NCBI RefSeq assembly: GCF_039654945.1
Contig: NW_027361863.1
Span: 12,400,001-12,464,000, forward strand
Direction: 5' to 3'
Length of the DNA: 64,000 nt
Source: Dendrobates tinctorius
Lineage: Eukaryota
This document shows positions 53,151 through 64,000 of this stretch, one piece after another. Both the position numbers and the translations under genes were made by a program. The notes beneath the pieces are model-generated. The model had not been told where the DNA came from. It saw nothing but the letters and a program-made list of their open reading frames with translations, and did not search any database. The number at the start of each line of letters is the position of its first letter. The first letter of the stretch is position 1.

Positions 53151-53908
53151 GCTGAGTAAGAGCAGCCAGGGCCCTGAGCAGTTTATGAGGTGTGGCCCCC
53201 AAGAACATGTTGTATCACATGACATGTCACATGAACCCCCCTTTTAGATCATGTGAGTAACACACAGGTGCTCTGGAGCACATCTGTACACAGAAAACAG
53301 CAGAGATAGCGGCACGCTATTTTTCCCTTCTGCAGCGCACTGTACAGAGGGGCCACATGACAAGCCGTGAATATTGTGCAGGCCAAACCAATAGGTTGAA
53401 ATTAATTCTGCTCAATATTAATATAATATAAAAAAAATTAATTATTGTATAACTGAATATTGAGCATAATTAAATATGCCAACTCCCCCTAAATACAGTA
53501 TGTCCCACCACATACCACCTATATTCAATATGAGCCCTTACATAGCCATCACCAGCAACAACCAAAGTGAACAACCTATGGAGTCCTTATACATGTAAAC
53601 CATAAAAGAAAATCCTTAAAAAATGATCTCTTTATTTAGTTAGTTTAAAAACCCAATACATAAAGACATAAATCACACACATCTGCACAGAAAAACAGTG
53701 ATATAAAAAAGAGCAGAAATGAGGGGAGATCTCCCCTCCTGACAGCGGAGGTTGGCACCCTAAGTTGTAACGGTATGGCGCTCCCGCTCGTCAACTGCCC
53801 CTATGTAGCCTGACCACTACTGATTGACCAGGCATCCTCTATAGGTGATCAGATAATATGTAATGAACATATATAAACATATACAATATAGCTACTAGTG
53901 GGCTGAGG

Positions 53909-53945
<37 letters not shown>

Positions 53946-53981
53946 TGTTCAAAACTATAAATAAAGGGAACACTTAAACAA

Positions 53982-54706
53982 TAGTGACAAGCGAACGTGC
54001 TCAGATAATGTTATCATAGAATCATAGAATCGTAGAGTTGGAAGGGACCTCCTGGACCATCTGGTCCAACCCCCTGCTCGAAGCAGGATTCGCTGAATTA
54101 TCCCAGTCAGATGTCTGTCCAGCCTCTGTTTGAAGACTTCCATTGAAGGAGAACTCACCACTTCTCGTGGCAGCCTGTTCCACTCATTGATCACTCTAAT
54201 GGTCAAAAAGTTTTTCCTAATATCTAATCTGTGTCTCCTCCCATTCAGTTTCATTCCATTGCTTCTAGTCTTTCCTTGTGCAAATGAGAATAAAGATGAT
54301 CCTTCTTCAATGTGACAGCCCTTGAGATATTTTTGACAGCCCTTGTCATATTTTCAGTGTGACAGCCCTTGTAGACAGCTATTAAGTCTCCTCTCAGTCT
54401 TCACTTCTGCAAGCTAAACATTCCCAAATCCTGCAACCTTTCCTCATAAGACAGGGTTTGCAGACCGGTTACCATTCTGGTTGCTCTTTTCTGAACTTTC
54501 TCCAGTTTGTTGATGTCTTCTTTAAAATGTGGCGCCCAAAACTGGACACAGTATTCCAGATGAGGTCTGACCAAAGAGGAGTACAGGGCAATAATGACTT
54601 CACGTGATCTAGACTGAATGCTTCTGTTACTACATCCTAGAATTGCATTTGCCTTTGCCTGTTGTGCTTCGATAACATGTTATCCAAGCACATTTGCTCA
54701 TAACTA
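53982..54706. mobile_element. hAT-type MITE (TAGTGA..AGCG termini) containing a CR1
   Basis: 8-bp TSD TTAAACAA (53974-53981, 54707-54714); TIRs TAGTGACAAGCGAACGTGCT / AGCACATTTGCTCATAACTA. Confidence 0.8.
54013..54657 (-). mobile_element. CR1 LINE 3' fragment
   Basis: Near-identical to 5294-6068 and 40288-40722; small internal duplication near 54310-54375. Confidence 0.95.
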
Positions 54707-57095
54707 TTAAACAACACAATGTAACTCCAAGTCAATCACACTCCTGTGAAATCAACCTGTCCAGTTATGAAGCAACACTGATTGTGAATCGATTTCTCCT
54801 ACTGTTGTGCAAATAGAACAGAAAACAGGTAGAAATGATCGACAGCAAGACAACACCTATAAAGGAGTGGTTCTGCACGGGGTGACCACAGACCATTTCT
54901 CTGTTCTCACCCATTTTGGCTGTTATTTTGGTCACTTTCGCATCTTGTCATTGCTCTCACCCCTAGAGGTACAGTAGCATGAGGCTACAACCCACAGAAG
55001 TTGCTGAGGTAGTGCAGCTCATCCAGGATGGCACATCAGTGTAACCTGTTGCAAGAAGGGTAGCTGTGTCTGTCAGCACAGTTTCCAGAGCAAAATGACC
55101 TCCAGCAGGCCAATAACATCCATGTGTCTTCTCAAACTATCTGAAACAGTCTCCATGAGGGTGGTATAAGAGCCTGATGTCACCAAGTGAGTGTTGTGCT
55201 TACACCCCAACACCGTGCAGGGCAATTGGCATTTTCAGTGTATATCATTAATATTTTTCGACAATCTGACCAGAAAAAAAAACCCTAGCAAAGTCCAAGA
55301 AGAAACATATATGGCGTTCTTGTCAAACAAAGAATAACCCTTCAGATCAGAAATGGCAGTCAAGTGACATTGCAATTAAAACCACAAAACACCCATATAC
55401 CTCTTAGACATGTTTTAATAGACATAGACCATCCTATATGTATAGACCCTATATGGCCTGAACAGTTGTGTACTTGGCTTAATGGCACCTTCTTCTGACG
55501 TGTTTCCTGTTATGAATGAGTCACAGTAGGAGGCAAAAACAGAAATACTAGCTAAGTCCAGAAAACCAGAGAAGTTGGCAGCTATCGGATTGCAGACCCC
55601 TGAACCTATCAACAACAACTTGCAGTAGCCGTGGGGGGTTCCTACGGTGCCCTAGACCCCTCGATCACAGCCAGAGAACTACATAGCCTAAAGGCAGAAA
55701 GGGAATCTAAACTGCCCCAGAGCAGACCCCAAAGCAATAGGCAGCCCCCAACATATAATGACGGTGAAGCAAGATGAAAAAACACACACAGATAGAAAGA
55801 CAGACTGAGCAAATGATGGGGCCCAAGCTACCTAGATAGGACAGGATAGAAAAGCTGCTGTCTGTAATCCGCCAAAACCCTATCAAAACAAGAGCCAACA
55901 GCTGATAGGGAAAAAAGCCCTGAAGACGCTAGGCTTCAAAAAGACTATATCAGTACTCAGGTATTTTCTGAAGACAGAGCAAAAAGGAATTCAGTTAACC
56001 CCAGCAGGGAATGGCAGAAATCAAGGAAAACAATGCAAAACAAAACCAAAACACAAATGCAAAAAGTAGAGCAGAAAACTTAGCTTTTGAGGAGCAGGAA
56101 TCAGAATGGTCTCCTAGAATCCCTCAGAGAGATCACCAGCAAGGCAGAAGGGCGTCGGCTGCCTTATATCCAGTCAGTAATTCCGGTCACACAGTCATCA
56201 TCATCCTGCCCAGGTGCTTGGTAATCAGCCTCACTACCTTCCTTCACCAGAAGAGGGAGTTCATCAGACCTCAATGGTGAAGGGGAAAATGAACTCACAA
56301 CAGTTTCCCCTCTCTTTTGGTCATTCAGGGGTTTATCGGGGAATTCCTTCAATCAGGACAAAAAATGGAGACCATAAGCCATAGTGCAATGAGGATAGCA
56401 GCTCACAGGCCCAGGCAATATGCTCCATATAGACCCATACATATAGTATGAGTCCAGATAGCCCCCTACATACAGTATCAGCCTCCACACAGTCCTGTAC
56501 ATACAGTATGAGTCCACACACAGCCCCCTACATACAGTACCTATATATAGTATAAGCCCCACATAGCTCCCTATATAGATTGTGAGCCCCCATATAGCTA
56601 CCTAGATTCAGTTTGAGCAATGACACAACTCCCTATCTACCATATAAGCCCATAGTCTACTGCATACAGTGTGAGCCCCATATATCTTTCTATATACAGT
56701 ATGAGCCACCATATAACCTCCTATATATAGTATGAGCCCCTATTTAGCCCTCTGTATACAGTATTAGCCTCCACATAGCCTACTATATACAGTATGAGTC
56801 CCCATATAGCCTCCTATATACAGTATGAACCCCTATATAGCCTCCTATATACAGTATGAACCCCCATATAGCCTCCTATATACAGTATGAACCCCCATAT
56901 AGCCTCCTATATACAGTATGAACCCCCATATAGCCTCCTGTATACAGTGTGAGCCCCACATAGCCTCCTATATACAGTATGAGCCCCCATATAGCCTATA
57001 TACAGTATGAACCTCTATATAGCCTCCTGTATATAGTGTAAACCCCCATATAGCCTCCTATATACAGTATGAGCCCATATATAGCCTCCTGTATA

Positions 57096-58725
<1,630 letters not shown>

Positions 58726-59759
58726 TACACTGTGAACCCCCATATAGCCTCCTGTGTACAGTATGAGCCCTCATAAAGCCTCCTATATACAGTATGAGCC
58801 TCATATAGCCTCCTGAATACAGTATGAGCCCCCATTTGGCCTCCTATATACAGTATGAGCCCCCACATAGTCTGCTATATACAGTATGAGTCCCCATATA
58901 GCCTCCTACATACAGTGTGATCACCTATATAGCTTTCTGTATACAGGATGAGCCCCAACATAGCCTCCTATATACGGTATAAGCCTCCTGTATACAGTGT
59001 GAACCCCCATATAGCCTCCTGTGTACAGTATGAGCCCTCATAAAGCCTCCTATAAACAGTATGAGCCCCATATAGCCTCTATATACAGTATAAACCCTTA
59101 TAAAGCCTCTTATATACAGTATGAGTCCCCTATAACCTCCTATATACAGTATGAATCCCCTATAGCCTCCTGTATACAGTATGAGCCCTCATATAGCCTC
59201 CTGTATACAGTTTGAGCCCCCATATAGCCTCCTATAACAAGTATGAGCCCTCACATAGCCTGCTATATACAGTGTGATCCCCTATATAGCTTTCTGTATA
59301 CAGGATGAGCCCACAAATAGCATCCTGTATACAGTATGAGCCCCCACATGGCCTCCTATATACAGTATGAGCCCTCATATAGCCTCCTATATACAGTGTG
59401 AGCCCCCATATAGCCTGCTGTATACAGTGTGAGACCCTATATAGCCTCCTATACAGTATGGGCCACTATATAGCCTCTGGTATACAGTGTGAGCCTACAT
59501 TTAGCCTCTTGTTTACAGTTTGAGCACCCATAAAGCCTCCTATATACAGTACGAGTCCTCATATCCCATAAACATATTAAAAACACATATAGACATACTC
59601 ACTCGCTCCCATTCCCCGGTGCTCTACTCTCGTCCCCGAGGCTCCACTTCTACTGGCCAGCGCTATCATGCTGCCGACGCCAGCTGATGGCGTCATCATG
59701 CTGGCACGTCATGGCAGAGGCCCCTCGAGCTGCGCTGCTGTTCTGCATGGTCAGCAGTG

Positions 59760-60700
59760 CAGCACCAGGAAAACTTCCTACTGAGATATGTGTGCCACCG
59801 ATGGCGACACACAAAGCTTTGTAATGAGGGAAATCTAGCGACTGACCTCCCCGGAGGATCGGGTGGTAGCCCAGATTACCCTTATTATAATCCGCCTATG
59901 TTCGTGATTATCTCTCTGGTAGCCAGGCTGCATCCTCAAATAGTGACTGGTCATCACCATCATCATCCTCATCAGCTGCGTTTCATCCTCTTCCTCCGTT
60001 GCATTGCCAGTTAGCCTTTTTTGTGCCAAGAGACCTGTTGTTCATTTTTATGTAAACTCAATTCCCACATGTTCAGATTCACCAAATTCGCTGCTGTACC
60101 TCGTGGATTGTATTGGTCTGTGTAAAATGATCGTATGCACTGAGCCTCGATGGAAAATACCTCGCCACCAATTCTTGGATAAAGCCGTCCCTGCTTTATG
60201 CTTTCATGTGGTAGAAACTGTGAGCCGCTCTTTGGAATCGAGATTATGCTGCATTCCACCGTCGACTGCAACAAACATGGCCAGGAACTTTACATGGCTG
60301 TCATGGCCCATTCAGTCAATGTTTGGAACAATGGCCATGTCCTGCTACATGCAGGCCAGGTATTTACTGGTGAACCCTTTACTCCAGGCAATTCTTGTGC
60401 ACTTCCTCCACATTTCCCCAAATCAACAGGGAAGAATGCACCAAATATCGCACTAGATGATTCATCATCATCAACTAAAACTGGTTAACTCTGTGTGTCA
60501 TAAATGTCAAGAACATCACGGCTGCCATGCGTTTGGGCAAGATAACACATGCTCGTTGCACAGCATGTCCCCAATTTCATCGTGCACACAAACAAAAATT
60601 CATGGACTCCCATGGCTTCAATTTTCTCTATCATCATCATCTTAACTTTTGTTAAAAATTACTGTTTTATGTGCGTTGACAGGTGCGAATATGGACCCTG
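59760..60700 (+). pseudogene. hAT (Ac/ZBED-like) transposase relic, core region
   Basis: CTEPRWKIPRHQFLDKAVPALCFHV..VSRSL followed by frameshifted HSTVD..KHGQ..YMAV.AH resembles the hAT EP.y.iPsR and first catalytic D region. Confidence 0.6.
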
Positions 60701-61057
60701 TGTATGATTCGGTTTCTGTGTAGGGCTGTACAAAAAAGCAGAATTTTATTTTTCAAATAAAAGTTCATGCCTCCACGGATTCACTTCATGATTTTTTTTT
60801 TTTTTTTACTAAAATGAGGATTTTTAGAGCCTTGACTTGTGTTACTTTTCCATTTTAAGCCCCTGCGCTGGATTGAGCTCTGCCCAGGACTGGGAATATA
60901 AAAGACTGTTGCAGAGTAATTTTTCATCAGTAACTCATGCGATTGGACTGGGCAATCGGTCCAGGAATTAAATCCTGTGTACTGGCTATTGGACATGCTG
61001 CAATGAGGGCGATATGACTATTCCCGGTCCCAGACGGGATATACACTTATCAAACTC

Positions 61058-62820
61058 TGTCCGTCGCTGCCACCAGTTCATGATTTTAATTAATATTGGG
61101 TCAGGAGCCAACCCATTCAGTAGCGTTGACTTAGTCAGAGGACGTGGCCATAAGTTATTAGAGCAAGGAGAACAAAGCTAGTAAATTTTTATATTTTAGT
61201 CCAAAAAGGATAGGCAGAGTTTACAAAAGTATGAAAAGATGTTACAAAATGAGACAATTACAATATGTACAGACAATTGTAAAACAGAAGGGATTAAAGT
61301 GAAGACTTAAATATTTCAGTTACTGGCAAGCCATGTGTAGATGGTTGGTGGGGGAGGGGAACCTTCCTAAATCCTCAGGTCAGAATGCATAGCCTCCCCT
61401 AGCTTGCTCCCCTGGCAGAAAGACCACTTCCTAAATGGGCGTCATGAACTTAGACCTCACTGTTCATGACATCACTGAGGGGGCAGAGTTATGGGATGTA
61501 CTCCCCTTTTTACAAGGACTGAAAAATTACTAACACCATATTAATTTCATATCTTGGGCTGGAAACCTCGTAGAGCGACGGCGGGACTATCATCGATCTT
61601 GTTCTGAAGTCGGCTTTCCATAAAATCTAAACATAGAGTGGAAGTATGACCCGTTTAAGCAGAAATCCATTTCTTGGTTTCTACTGATGCTGGAATCTAG
61701 AAAACTCACTGGGTGGTGCTTCTACTATTGTAGATGCCAGAAATGTGAGATTCACACCTATATCAATAATTGGTGCCATTATATTTGACCTTTAATGAAC
61801 ACTGTACTAGGAAAAAGAAGTCTTGGTTTGCCATGTGCTTCTTGCACACGGCATATTTTATCGTCGGGTTCCTGCAGCTGCACAGCAGGAATCCAGAGCC
61901 TCACATTCTGCAGTCTCCCATTTTCCATCGACCGCAGAGGAGCTTGCTCAGCAGCCCCGTCTTTCCCGACACTCTGCCCAGACCTGCTCTGTGGGGCTGG
62001 CTGTTGCTGCCACCTCTGGGCCAGCAATAGCAATGCAAAGTCCTTCTGTCGCTCCACTGAGCATGCTCATGAGACGATCTCCAATTGGAGATCGGGAGTC
62101 ACATGCCCAGGTCCTTCTCCAGATCTGATTGGTCCATTTCAGGGATCTGGAATCTTCCAGAAAGTCCTGGCTATAAAAGGTTTGCATGGCTGCTCGGCCA
62201 TGCGCTAGTATAGACTCTAGTTGTTACCTGTGTGAATGATGACAGATGCATGAACCTGCGAATGACTCATTAAGATTCCCCTTCCTCTGATATTCCGTGT
62301 GTGGATAGGGACTTAGTCATAGAGCCAGCACCAGTCAGTGGCACGCTGCAGGCCACAGTGCATATCTCCACAGAACTAGCATCCAACAGTGCGCCCCCTC
62401 CTGGGCATTGTCGTATAGCGGCTATGTCAGTCGCCACGCTGCAGTCAGCAGCACTTGTTGGCATCTGCGGTAGCGACGCCGCACGAATGGTAGGTCTAGA
62501 TGGACACTAACCCTGTGTCTGGGGCGCTAGTCCTATGACCATATACCATGCTTGCATTCCGCTGAGACCTGTGAGTCCAACAGGCTCGGTTTTTATGTTT
62601 ATTGCTTTGGCGCCTCTGTAAATCAACAAAGTTCGCCCAGCGCACACCGGGTGACGTTCAACCCGCGTGCGATATACCGCCATATTGAGTGTCTGCCATT
62701 ACCTAGCAGCAGTGTAACACCTTCTGCACGGTGGACCCCGGGCGGCAAACGCACTTTCTATTATTTATTATTTAGTGCGCTCCGCCGTCCCTAACACGGC
62801 GGAGGGGGCTGCTCACAACA
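61058..62820. mobile_element. Possible older LTR-like element hosting the LTR at 61854-62796
   Basis: TGTCCG...CACAACA termini; sequence resumes after the duplicated CGGC; no clear TSD. Confidence 0.3.
61854..62796 (+). mobile_element. Solo LTR, same family as 46001-51915
   Basis: Shared blocks CTGCAGTCTCCCATT, ACTGAGCATG, CTATAAAAGG, GGTGGACCCCGGGC and CCCTAACA end; possible TSD CGGCA/CGGCG. Confidence 0.7.
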
Positions 62821-62985
62821 CATTCTTGAGGGAGAGGGGAAGAGTGGTATAGAATTACGCAGGCACACTGAGGGGGGCCATGCAGCTGCGTGTCTGCAAA
62901 GGGGCTTTGTGTGTGTCAGTCAAGCAGTGTGGAGTTCTAGAAGTATACTTTGAATATGGGCATATTCATTTCATCGTGACACATG

Positions 62986-64000
62986 CAGTCATGGCTGAAG
63001 GTGTTAGCACCCTTGAAATTGTTCCAGAAAATGAAGAATTTCTCCCAATAAATTATTGCAATTACTCATGTTTTGTTATACATATTTATTTCCTTTGTGT
63101 GTATTGGAAAAACACACAAATAAATCAGAGAAACAAAGGCAAATTGGACATAATTTCACACAAAACCCCCAAAATGGGCCAGACAAAATTTTTGGCACCT
63201 TTCCAAAGTAGTGAGTAAACAACTTTATTTCAAGCATGTGATGCTCGTTCAAACTCACCTGTAGCAAGTAACAGGTGTGGGTAATATGATAATCACACCT
63301 GAAAACAGATAAAAAGGGGCCAGGTTGACTCAATCTTTGCATTGTGTGTCTGTGTGTGCAACACTAAGCATGGAGAACAGAAAGAGGAGAAGAGAACTGT
63401 CTGAGGACTTGAGAACCAAAATTGTTGGACCATCTCAAGATTATAAGTTCATCTGCAGAAATCTTGATGTTCCTTTGTCCATGGTGCACAACATAATCAA
63501 GAAGTTTACAACCCATGGTACTGTAGCTAATATCCCTGGACGTGGACGACAGAAAAAAATTGATGAAAGGTTGCAACACAGGATGGATGGTGGATAAGCA
63601 GCCCCAATCAAGCCCCCAAAAAAGTCAAGCTGTCCTACAGGCTCAGGGTGCATCAGTGTCAGCTGTTGACAATAGAATGAAATTAAACTCTATGGCAGGA
63701 AACTCAGAAGGACCCCACTGCTGACACAGAGACATCAAAAAGCTAGACTGCAGTTTGCCAAAATATACATGAGTAAGTCAAAATTCTTCCAGGAAAGCGT
63801 CTTGTGGATAAATGAGACCAAGATAGAGCATTTTGGTAAAGCACAGCATTCTACTGTTTACTGAAAATAGAATGAGACCTACAAAGAAAAGAACACAGTA
63901 CCTACAGTTACATATGGTGGAGGTTGCTTTAGGATTTTTTTTTGCCTCTGACACTGGGTGATTTGACTAAGTGCAAGGAATCATTAAATAAGATTACCAA
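62986..64000 (+). mobile_element. Decayed Tc1 related to family A; runs off the window
   Basis: TIR CAGTCATGGCTGAAGGTGTT; MENRKRRRELSEDLRTKIV...HGTVANIPGRGRQKKIDERLQ with stops and frameshifts downstream. Confidence 0.88.

Larger units (their letters stand above)
53944..55240 (+). mobile_element. Decayed Tc1 5' portion (family E), interrupted by a MITE containing a CR1
   Basis: After (TA)n: ACTGTTCAAAA..ATAAAGGGAACACTTAAACAA, resuming at 54707 as TTAAACAACACAATGTAACTCCAAG; eroded transposase start at about 54980-55240. Confidence 0.65.

Overview
Eukaryotic, repeat-dominated vertebrate DNA. The repeat families resemble those of anuran (frog) genomes; this taxon call is an inference. I cannot confidently identify any host protein-coding gene or RNA gene, so the window is probably a large intron or gene desert. 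Nearly all long ORFs in the track are by-products of micro/minisatellites. Real coding sequence is transposon-derived: three near-identical Tc1 (DD34E) copies, one divergent Minos-like Tc1 with an open 358-aa ORF, further decayed Tc1s, three 5'-truncated CR1 LINE 3' ends, and a fragmented hAT transposase relic. Non-autonomous elements include hAT types (8-bp TSD), PIF/Harbinger MITEs (TAA), TTAA-targeting piggyBac/Kolobok-like elements and solo LTRs. They are often nested, and many carry their own 17-35 bp minisatellites. Most interesting: (1) about six minimal hammerhead-ribozyme-like motifs in small Penelope/retrozyme-like units, one with an intact catalytic core in a 114-nt insert flanked by a perfect 13-bp TSD; (2) a candidate 24-nt frame-preserving microexon at 16519-16542; (3) a spacer-less ~2.9 kb foldback palindrome at the window start; (4) a minisatellite formed from a Tc1 start-codon region; (5) a TTAA element carrying TTAGGG repeats. 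There is one assembly gap (47166-47338).
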